Virus record (IMG/VR): IMGVR_UViG_3300007177_000029
DNA length: 64,000 nucleotides
Reading direction: 5' to 3' (one strand)
Source of the DNA: an uncultured virus (IMG/VR IMGVR_UViG_3300007177_000029)
Taxonomy: Duplodnaviria > Heunggongvirae > Uroviricota > Caudoviricetes > Crassvirales
In this document: in pieces, positions 42,601 to 51,400 of the stretch
Layout: the number at the start of each line of letters is the position of its first letter
Position numbering within the stretch: the first letter of the stretch is position 1
Program-made: the position numbers and the translations under genes
Notes under the pieces: generated by a model
The model's input: the letters and a program-made list of their open reading frames with translations, nothing else
Told to the model about the DNA's origin: nothing
Databases searched by the model: none

Positions 42601-45402
42601 GGTGTAGTAGGAGTAGGACATTTTTTATTAGATGCTTCTATTTCTGATAAAACATATTCTCATGAAAATAATAAAGTTTATTTAAGAAATGCAAAAATAA
42701 ATAATGATTGGATTCCTGCATTTGAAAAAAATAAAGATAATTCTGTAACATTAAAGTATAAAAAATATAATAATTTAACAAAAAATGATATAGTAGTTTC
42801 TCCTTTAAGACAATTTAAATTTACTAACATAGACTTTAACAAAAGTAAAAAACCAGAAGGATTTAAATCATCAATTAAAGAAGTTAAAACTAAAGATGGA
42901 AAAGGAACTTATTTAATATTTAAAGATAAAGATGGGTATTCTAGATTTAGTGGTGGTTCTGTTGTTTTTATATTTAACGATTCTTACGGTAATACAATTG
43001 TTAGAGATTTTGCAGGTTCTATTAATCAAATAAAATTAGAAGGTGAAAACATAACAAATTCTTACAATTTAAATGAAAATGATTTAGTTATAGGTTATCA
43101 TGATGTTGGTTCTTTTAGTGCAAAACCTAAAGCAAAAAACAATGAAATAAATACACAACAATGGTCAGGATTTAACCCTAATGGAGAAACTGGTGGTGCA
43201 TTACTTATTCCTACAGAAGGTAATATTAACAATTCAAAACCAATTAATTCTGTGTTTTCAACTAAACAAACACCACAAAAAACAGATAGCGATAAATTAA
43301 ATGAAGCAGTTGAAGTTTTAAATAAAATATTACCTAAAGAAGTAGCTATAACACTTCAAGATGATTTAATTAAAATATTTGAAAATGGTGATGCTGCTGT
43401 AGCATCTTTTAGCAAAGCAGGTATTATTTTATCTTCTTTTGCTGATGATACAGATGCTTATCATGAAGCTTTCCATGCTGTGTTTAGATTGTTATTATCA
43501 GGAAAAGAAAGAAATAGTTTAATAGAAAATTCTAAAAATGATTTCTTAGAACCTACTGATGAACAGATTAAAACATTAATGGATAGACATAATTTATCTA
43601 AAGAAGAAGCTATTGATTTATATTACGAAGAAATGTTAGCTGATGAATTTGGTAAATATATGTTAAATCCAAATGAATACACTTTTAATAATAAAGAACA
43701 AAAATCATTTTTTGAAAAATTATTAATCTGGATTAATAATATATTAGGTATAAAATCTAATAGAGAAAAAATATTTAGTTCTATTAGAAAAGGTGATTAT
43801 AGTAATAGTAAACAAGCTGAAGATTCATTAGTTAATTTAAATGTTAATTCTACTGAATTAGCAATGTTTAATAATGAAGTTAATTATATGCTTAAATCTG
43901 TTGAAATATTACAATCAGATAAAGCTAAACAAGTATTTACTAAAGCTGAAAAAAATAATTGGGATTTAAACAAAACTTTAACTGAACTACAAATACCTAA
44001 AGAACAAAAACAATTAATATTAGATTTAGGTATTAATAATAGAGAAGAAATAGCTTTAGAATTAGCTAGTAAATATAGTTATACTGTTGAAGTCAATACT
44101 GCTAAAAGTAAAGAAGATTTTTCAGATAGTGACACTCAAGAAATAGTATTTACAACGCCATCAGGAATAAGATATTATGGAGATTATCAAGAAAATTACT
44201 TTTCAAAAAATAAAGAGATTATATCAAAAGAAGAATTTGTTACTGCATTAAATAATAATAAAAGTATAAATAATTCTTCATATTACGCTAATCTAACAGT
44301 TCCAGGAGGTATTAATTATACAGAAAATGAAATAACTACTACGTTAATTACACCCTCTATTAAAGGTCATGCACAGTTTGCTACTGATAAAGGTATTGGT
44401 TGGTTTAGAAGTGATGATAAAATAATTAATATAAGAAAAAGAAAGTTTGACCCAACAGAAGAATTTGAAGGTAATATTACTGAAAATAATTTAACTATTG
44501 GTGAAGGTTCTAAAACTCGTAGAATACTAGAAGTACAATCTGATTTATTTCAGAAAGGTAGAAATATAGAATTTTTATCAAATAATCCTTATGTAACAGA
44601 TGAACAGCTTACTGCATTAAATAGTAGGAATTTATCTGATGAAGAATATAGTATAGAATTTAATAAAATTGCTGATAAATCTTCTAATCAATTCTTACAA
44701 CTTCTAAACAAAGACAATAATTGGGTAACTTTCTTTGTTAAATCTATTATACAAGACTCTGCTAAGAAAGGATATGAAAAAGTATTATTTCCTACTGGTA
44801 ATACAGCTAGTAAAGTTGAAGGACATACTACTTTAGAAGAGTTTAAAAAGCAGAAAGAAGATAGGATTAAAGTATTAGAAGCTGGTATAAATTTAAAACC
44901 AGACCCAAATATAGATTTTACTAAATATTCTTTTAGAGAACTAAAAGATATGGGTTATGATTATTTAGGAAATGAAGATGGAAAAGCTATTTGGAAACCT
45001 TTAGTAAAAGATAAAACCGAAGCTTTAAATGAAATAAACCAACTTAAACAAGAACTTGAAAGAGTTGAAACAGAAGGATTTGGTGCTTTAAAACCTATTT
45101 ATAATTTCTATGAAAATACTGTAACTAATATTCTTAAAAAACAAGGATATAATGCTGAATTAATTACTGATGAATATGGTAATACTTGGAATGAAGTTAC
45201 TATTAAACAGTCAAGAGATTTAAGTCCTATAGTGTTTAAAACTAAAAATAGAATAGTTGAATCTAAAGCTGAACAATTATCTTATTCAAATTATTTTGAA
45301 TCTAGAATAAATAAACCAGGTAATCCTTTATCTGAACAACAGTTTAATTCATTATCTTTGACAGAACAAGAAGTATTAATTAATCAAACAAAATATTGTT
45401 AA
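36649..45402 (+). CDS. Giant polyvalent cargo protein with zincin metallopeptidase and inserted domains
   Basis: 2917 aa; N-terminal Gly-rich hydrophobic helices, coiled coils, YHEAFHAVF...EEMLADEF zincin motif. Confidence 0.8.
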   Translation: MSKDTNNKKTSSQIAPQEDKFSYINNLVNNSNKILNNKVISEESKKYSSLFENSLIANQLGKTQELLPGDVKNITGGADYEKVQDILGQGYNIFDGSLNVRKALGDKQSGWAQAGGALNQAIVGEIIGGTVEGTGRLLDIKGSIDLYNGNIKEFDNVLTELGSGLKGWAEHSTPIFGSDEMFSSGWLAKGLVTTASSLSLLIPAMGTVKAVGGLGRALGVLKSMENLSTAGRTAAWIRTGISQAVISRHMENWLEAREVWDNTLNEYVNNKGLSLQEAEQAASKAVRQSYILNTAMLIFDIPQYVLMGRKTFGSSEASDKIMAALGKSKSNILGSRAKALGFNMASEGFEEAYQYVVGNEVVNYQMYKDGLATNPLSDKFLSGYMKDNDFWTSVIFGALGAGVHSGVGKMINKAFYSKKLEANDNLRIENFKKTQEIQKRIYNKLAKAYESNNQEAVESAIEELTYLSALNSYEFGNSDIALETMGMIKNASNEELVAMGLPEDKIDEFKANIDNAINQTKDIFKKLKKNSKIFGDEVNKEVTTTELQLEKIDRLINNSEKNIAEKRKELEKSIDLKNLSPEEQQILENKLFIDGGKSRIIAIDEFLQKNNQLTEEQRINFETQKSEIEQLVKEKSKDNKKLIQDLSGSSYLGNVFSDKGLSSISTLFDEEFNSISASVNDNAVSSREEYLSSLDKSKREKLESLEKRLDKISKANELYTAELQKELAKHGVFKLRQKELQKNLDYYTSEKYIKEKKQIIEEVRKKQADAAQQAINDEKLADDTINSKLNQNKKTNEAETTTVPGFNEVVENLNNKVQQKTEEQGYNVELVDLVNEFFNASENNKVNKQIKKLLDKNKIYNLFYNIENTENFELSDLENSILTYASEPTEVNYNKIKTLTKEDNSYNKESDVFKAEEAIKEIENQAEEEVKAEIVAAKKVVSINQSNEIPEITNNSVETNVLDENEDVFESDIREYKEYDEKSSGAVSVESTSLAWRSSSAIDNLEEDNDVELTKFLENPSIDITEFNAEFEIDEDYLKQNKPLYDKLNSGETLTQEDINNIPIKVYFLNKEGNRVKNRNNEDLFSYLHANDFWNGKNIQSVNPEDLKKELAIFKFNILKKLKNNEKAISKILNQKDGILQEDYEMVLNPATNKKERRLVFKPLSEAIALDENEIEFLFGDSFNQYISGNSIDQEALQHTTATPGAIYIKFKKPNGKVFPARVFVRKLDNNDVNALFSILNYAYSQNQPLKTEISKLNPELQKELSNSQFVKDLISVLSSKATLLDVLNNFVYEGKISQGKGLNELRKVGNDVFINGVKFNVNDFNNGNQSKIKAELAKKMININAKKLNQSSYKKILLDNNVIQTHIRLKKGYVTPFSTPTTVISNRLEGDSTNQSSDVEERFDDETTTQSTQESNIEAKKADIERLEKEKQDLLNQPIKESKVKEVTPSKVDTYLSTPNQDGSFNSSSSRMSFIPGASIMAFESIGNNKFAVYISKQSDAVNMALAYPDRTIDPVFEALSAFNPKAKEIQVIKPAIVELQGDKYVLIEKGLIDYDSVGINKSNETKTLPDTSKIDAQIAQKKAELAELEKRKPEIVNRYSDSDVKSNPDKIYVFGDNVQRTGTGGQAQIRNNSNAFGIATKLKPSNNQDAFMSDNDLESNKKIIDSDIQKILNQNKHLVFPKDGFGTGLAKLKEKAPKTYEYLRQRLLEEFYFDNENGKIIENNEKLAKLESKQEVLENINETLTIKENVIDKDTENEKDKLEKFKDTDDVNDISEFDDFVLNSKESEDTKTEKVIEQKVDNFLENEFKEDVEKIAKEENLTVEEVKQKVKDNLNNKNLSSFSKSFKNLIDKIKKLILTLFVSGAIIAGTSSFFLDKDGTVSFDIFSNIEIENIKQWGTRFLDKQGLIEVADNQIVKESSLPKIVENIKPQKIFEIIGSVPDSYNSSDTLLSYRSQWDNSEGFRYIPVPVKKDLPKGGMKISGVVGVGHFLLDASISDKTYSHENNKVYLRNAKINNDWIPAFEKNKDNSVTLKYKKYNNLTKNDIVVSPLRQFKFTNIDFNKSKKPEGFKSSIKEVKTKDGKGTYLIFKDKDGYSRFSGGSVVFIFNDSYGNTIVRDFAGSINQIKLEGENITNSYNLNENDLVIGYHDVGSFSAKPKAKNNEINTQQWSGFNPNGETGGALLIPTEGNINNSKPINSVFSTKQTPQKTDSDKLNEAVEVLNKILPKEVAITLQDDLIKIFENGDAAVASFSKAGIILSSFADDTDAYHEAFHAVFRLLLSGKERNSLIENSKNDFLEPTDEQIKTLMDRHNLSKEEAIDLYYEEMLADEFGKYMLNPNEYTFNNKEQKSFFEKLLIWINNILGIKSNREKIFSSIRKGDYSNSKQAEDSLVNLNVNSTELAMFNNEVNYMLKSVEILQSDKAKQVFTKAEKNNWDLNKTLTELQIPKEQKQLILDLGINNREEIALELASKYSYTVEVNTAKSKEDFSDSDTQEIVFTTPSGIRYYGDYQENYFSKNKEIISKEEFVTALNNNKSINNSSYYANLTVPGGINYTENEITTTLITPSIKGHAQFATDKGIGWFRSDDKIINIRKRKFDPTEEFEGNITENNLTIGEGSKTRRILEVQSDLFQKGRNIEFLSNNPYVTDEQLTALNSRNLSDEEYSIEFNKIADKSSNQFLQLLNKDNNWVTFFVKSIIQDSAKKGYEKVLFPTGNTASKVEGHTTLEEFKKQKEDRIKVLEAGINLKPDPNIDFTKYSFRELKDMGYDYLGNEDGKAIWKPLVKDKTEALNEINQLKQELERVETEGFGALKPIYNFYENTVTNILKKQGYNAELITDEYGNTWNEVTIKQSRDLSPIVFKTKNRIVESKAEQLSYSNYFESRINKPGNPLSEQQFNSLSLTEQEVLINQTKYC

Positions 45403-48400
45403 ATGGCACATTGTATTTTTAGAGGTAGTAAAGAATTTAAAGAACTTCAAAAAGAAACTAATTTACATGAAGATGTTCTTTCTGTTAAAATAGAATTATG
45501 GCAAAAGAATAAAATTAATGAATTAGGTATTTTATTAAATGAAAATAAAAAACCTATCTATTTACCTGAAAATAATTTATTTACAGTAAAACCTATACAA
45601 ACCACAGATGTAAAAGCTAAATCTAAAGCTAAAATAGCTACACAATATATTGGATTTGCAGAAGGTATTACAGGTAGTTCTACTGCTTTATATGCTAAGC
45701 AAATAAGTGAGCAAAGTAATAAGTTAATTTCTACAGCAAATATACCTCAAAATTTAGTAAGTGGTGTTGAATCTTTTGGAACAAAACAAGAAGCTAATGA
45801 CAAAGCTAAAAAACTACTTGGTAGCAATCCACATTCTATTGATATGATAGAAGCTGGTCTTAGAACCAGAACTACAAGAAGTGTAGGAGAAATGTCTAAG
45901 TATAATGTTAAGGTTGGTGATGTTGTAAAACAATTTGGTAAGTCTGCTGATGGAACAATTAAAAATATTTTAACAAGAATAACTGCAATACATCCTAAAG
46001 GAAGTCCTGAGTTTTTCAACACTTGGGAAAAAGAAGGGTGGACTGCTGAAGGAGTTGAAGCAATAAAAAGATTTAAAGATGGTGCAGCAGCTATTGAATT
46101 TGAAGTAATAAAATCTGATATAGTAAATTCAGGAAACTATTCTTCTAACGATGTAATATTTGTGTCTATTGGTGGTAAAAGAGGTAATGAAACTGTTAGA
46201 AAACAACAACAAGATAGAACTATTAGAGAAGCTATTAAAGCATTAGAAGATGGAGCTATTTTAATTACAGATAATGCTGCGTATGTAGAATCTAATTCTT
46301 ATAATGAAGGAGAAAAAAGATTAGCTGCTAACTTAAAAGCAAAAGGTTATAATTATTCTGAAATAACTATTGATGGTAATTTATTAGGTGTATGGAAAAA
46401 GTTAAAATCTTTTAAAGATGATAAAATAAATGAAATATTAGATACTTTTCCTACTAAAGAAGAGTTAGGTTATCAAAAATTACAATTATCTGATATTTTT
46501 ACTGCTGATGAAGTTGATGATTTAGTTAATGGTTATGTTTATTTTTTAACTCAAAGTAATTTAAGTCCTGAAATTGATACAATAGAATTTGATAAAACTA
46601 CTGCTTTAAAAAAAGTATTAGCTTCAATGAAAAAACAAGGTAATAGCCATTTAGCAGATATTATAGTTGAAGAAGAATTATTTAATGATATATATTCTTT
46701 AGGTGATGAATTTTTACAATCATTAGGTATAAAAATAGAAAAAACTTTTAATGATGAAATAGAAGAAGAAAATGAAGATGGGGGTATTGATATTTTAGAA
46801 TCTTATGAAAGAGACCCTTCATCAATAGCTAATTCTGATATGCTTATATTTTTAAGTTTAGTACCTAAATTTAAAGTAAGTTTAAGAGGTGCTACTGTTT
46901 TTGATAAAAGTGAATTAACTGGTATTCCTAAATTTTTAAATGCTAACGAAGTAAAAAATACATTATACGATATATTAAGTAATAATGTAACAGATAATGC
47001 TTATCAAGATGGTTATCAGATACTTCATAAAAAGCTAGAAGAATATGCAGATAAAAATCCTACAATTAAATGGGTTTTAAAATCTTTAGAAAAAAGAAGT
47101 GAGAAATTTAAAACTAATTTTTACCAAGTGTTTAATAATGCTGATTTAACTTTATTTTCTGTTTTATTAGATGATACTACTGGTACTACTAGAGTAAGAA
47201 TACAATCAAGTTCAATACAAAATGATGAAACTTCATTATTTAATAAATGGGTATCAGCACACACTTATAAATTAATTACTACTACATTTAATCCTGCAAC
47301 TAATGGATATGATTATATTTATGATAAAAATCTTGTAAAAGACATAAATTCTAAATATGAAGAAATAAAAAATTTATTAGTTAGAAAAAATTTAGAAAAT
47401 GAAGATTTGGAAAGTCTAAAAAAAAGTGTTTTAAATTATTTTGAAATGCTTGGTATTACTTTAACAGAAAATCAATACTATGAATTATTATCTACTTTTT
47501 ACAAATTAGACACTTTTAAAGGTAAAAATCCTACTAATTCAGAATATACTTTACAAGGATTAAAAAATCTATTTACTAGAGAAGAAGGTATTAGATATAT
47601 AACAACCCATTTTTTAAAAATGGAAAAAGAAAATAATTACAATGTAAAATTTAATGAGAAGTTAGGTAAAAATGATAATGTTATTGAAGACCAAAAATTC
47701 ACTAGATATTTAGCTTCTATTGTAAATAAAGTTGAGAATACTACATCTTCTCCTATAATATTAGGTGCTAAAGGTAAAAAATATTGGAATAAAATAAAAT
47801 ACAACCTTATTACTAAAAATGTATTAAGATGGAAAAATAACAAATCACTTTTAAAATCTTTTATTGATTCTAGTTTATGGGCTAAAAATTCTTTAATAGC
47901 TGATGCTATGTTAAAAGATGAAGCTGATATACAAGTTAAAATATTTAATAATTTTAAAGAAGTAGGTAAAAATGATGAAGGTGAAAAAGTAACTAATTTA
48001 AAAGAAAGTGAATTGTTAGTTGCTCATTTTAATATGACTTTACAAAATAATTTTGTTGGTTTAGCAGAAGCTGATAAAAGTATGCAATATGTAATAAGTG
48101 GATTTCCTACTCAAATAATTAATCCTAATGATATTAAATTTGAAAATGGTAGATTAGTATTAGCTGATACAGAAAACATGGTAATTGAAGTGATGTTAGA
48201 TTATCTTGCTGCTGAACTAAATAGAATTAGACAAACTTATGATGATTTGTATGATGAAAATAATAAAGAAAGAGAAAATGTAAAAGGTAAAATACAATAT
48301 CTACATACTCAAAAAAATGGTTTAAATTCTTATTTATTTCCTAGTTTAACTAATAAAAACAGAGCTAGTGGTGATTCTTTATTAACAGAACTAGGATTAG

Positions 48401-51400
48401 CTGATGCTTTTGGTAAACCGTTTCCTATAACAAAAGAGTTTCTTTTATCAAATGAAGGATTAAAAGTACATATTAAAAATGCTTTTGAAGAAGCTTTAAA
48501 TAAAGATTTAAAATTATTTTCTAATAATTATTTAATAGATAAAGTATATAATGAAAACAAAGAATTTATAAGTTATGATTCAAGATTTAAACCTGTTGAA
48601 GCTGTAGCTTCTCAGTATGAAAGTTTTAATCAGATGTTTGCAACATTTGTATTTAATTCAATGATAGGTTCTATAGAGATGTCTAAGTTATTTTTAGGAG
48701 ACCCTGCTGCATTTGAATTTAAAGGTTTAAGTTTATTTTCAGATATTACTAAAAGAATACCTTTAATAGTAGCTTCTGGTAATATTGCTAGAATATATGA
48801 AGATAAAGCTAATAATGTTAAAGTAAATCCTACATTTACTTCTGCTGTTACAAATAGTTCAAAAGGACCTTCCAGATTTTACTTTAATGAAAACGGAACT
48901 GTTAATGAAGAAATTATTGATAATTTAGTTGATTCTGCTAATAGCATTTTACCTATTGAAAGACAAATAGCTAAAGCTGCATTTAAAAGTAGTATTGAAG
49001 CTTATAGAAAAAATAATAAAGCAGATGCTCAATCTTGGATTACATTAGATTTATGGAAACAAAGATGGGCTTCATTTAAAGGTTGGGATGCTAATATGGA
49101 AGCAGCATATCAAAGATTAAAAACAAAAAATGCTAATTTAAACGATATAGCTTTAATATTACAACCTATTAAAACTGTAACTACTGAATTAAAAGTTAAC
49201 AAGAATAAGCAAACTTATGCTATTTATCAAAAAATGTCTGAAGCAGTATTACCTGATTTCTTATTTGAAGATTTCAGATTACAGCATATTATAGACACTA
49301 TGAAGAAAAATAAAGTTGACCAGCTGGTTACTTTAGATGCACAAAAAGTAGGAGGAGTAGATGTAAATGAATTTTTTGATAAAACAGGTCAGCCTATAGA
49401 TAATGTGGTTTTAGAAACTTTTACTGTTAATACAGATTCTACTGTTTTACAATTAGATATGCCTTTAAAAGGATTAAAAGACACTTTAATTGGTTCACAG
49501 TTAACTAAAAATGCTTTATCAGGAGTTATAACTACTGCTACTTATGTAAGTCCTATTACTGGTAAAGAAACATCAGGTAAAGATTTAATATTAGAGTATC
49601 ATAATTTAATAGCAGATTTATCTGATGAAGGTTTACAAGAATTATCTAGTAAAATGGGTATAGATACAGTAACCAAAGAAATAAATGATTATGGTAAACT
49701 ATTTGATTTTATAGCAGAATCATTACAAGATGATTTATCTTCTAGTGATATAGAAATGATAGTTAAATATAAAACATTAGATGTTGTACCTGGAGCTACA
49801 ATTAAAATTCAAAATACTATTAATAAAGCAATTAAAAAACATACAGTATCATTAAAGCAAAAAGGTGGAAGTGGTATTTTAATGTCTGGTGTTGGATTAA
49901 TTGGTGGTAAAGATTTATTTACTAAAGAAGTTAAAAATGGTATAGTATGGTTTAAAAATGATTTAACTAAAGGATTATCTCCATCTTATGTAACAAAAGA
50001 AGGTTCTAATTATAAAACTCAAAAAGTTCAAATTTTAATAGGTCATAAAGAAATAAGAAAAATTTTAGGAAATAAATTAAACACTTTAACAAGTGAAGAG
50101 ATTTCTAAATTAATAGACCCTAAAGTTTTAGAAGGAGTTATGTACAGAATACCTAACCAATCATTAGCATCTAATGATGTTTTTGAAATTGTAGGTATAT
50201 TACCTGATTTTATGGGTGATACTATTATTGCTTTTGATGAAATTACTACTAAAACAGGTTCTGACTTTGATATTGATAAAGCTTATTACATATTACCTAA
50301 TTTAGAAGTTAATGAAAAAGGTATCATATCATTACCAAAAACACCTAATGAAATGAGTGATGTAGAAGCATACTTTACTAAATTTAAAAAAGATTGGTCT
50401 AAATATAAATCAGCTAGAAAAATAAGACTAGAATTAGAGAATAATGAAAAAACTTTAAAAGAGAAAAAATACTATTTAAAAGAAATTGCAAAATTTAAAT
50501 CAGAATTAGCTTTATTAGTTGAACAAAAAAATGAAGAAAAACAAAAGCTAACAGCAGAAAAAACTTCATTAAGTGAAATGTCTTTAGTAATTGAAAACAT
50601 ATTAAAATCTAATATTTCTGAATTAAATAATGATATTAAAGCAACTTTAGAAAATTTAAAAAATTATAAAGAAGCTATAGATGAATTAAGTCAAGAAATA
50701 GAACAAGATTTAATGGATAGATTATTAGAAGAAGGTTTAATTCCTACATTAGAAGAATTTAAACAATTACCTTTTAATAAAAAAGCTACTAAAGAAGTTT
50801 TACAGAATAAAAGATTAGAATTTTTAAATACATTTTTAGGAGACCCTAGACATTTAGCTAGAGTAGTAAAACCTATTGATAACGATACTTTAAAAAAATT
50901 AATTATAGAATTACACGGTGAAGAAGATTTAAATGCAAATGATGATTTAAATTTCTGGAAAGGTACTACTCAATTAAAAACTAAACAAACATTTGATATG
51001 GCTAAATCAATGGTTGGTATTATTGCTAATTCTATGACTGACCATAATGTTAGTACTTCTGAAGTTTTAACTCATATTGGAGTAATGTTTGGTAGAGGTA
51101 TTCAAGAAAAAGGAGAATCTTTAGTTTCTGCTATTATGAATGAAGATAACATAGAAGTTTCAGAAGTTTTAAATGACTTTATGAATGCTATTGTAGATGC
51201 CGCTAAAGACCCTTTTATTGTAAGAGGTAATGTAAATCTTTATACAGCTAATACAGTATTTATGTTAGTAAGGGCAGGTGTTCCATTAGAGTTTGTAATG
51301 GCTTTTATTGGTCAACCAGTATTAAAACAATTATCTTTTTTAAAATCAACAAGAGAAGGTAGAGTAGCTGAAAATATGTATGAAAATGGTTTATTTGTAA

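Noticed and set aside
4994..47843. Numerous antisense ORFs inside structural genes (e.g. 4994-5476, 9239-9559, 37005-37397, 41787-42335)
   Set aside because: S/F/L-rich shadow frames produced by the codon bias of the sense genes
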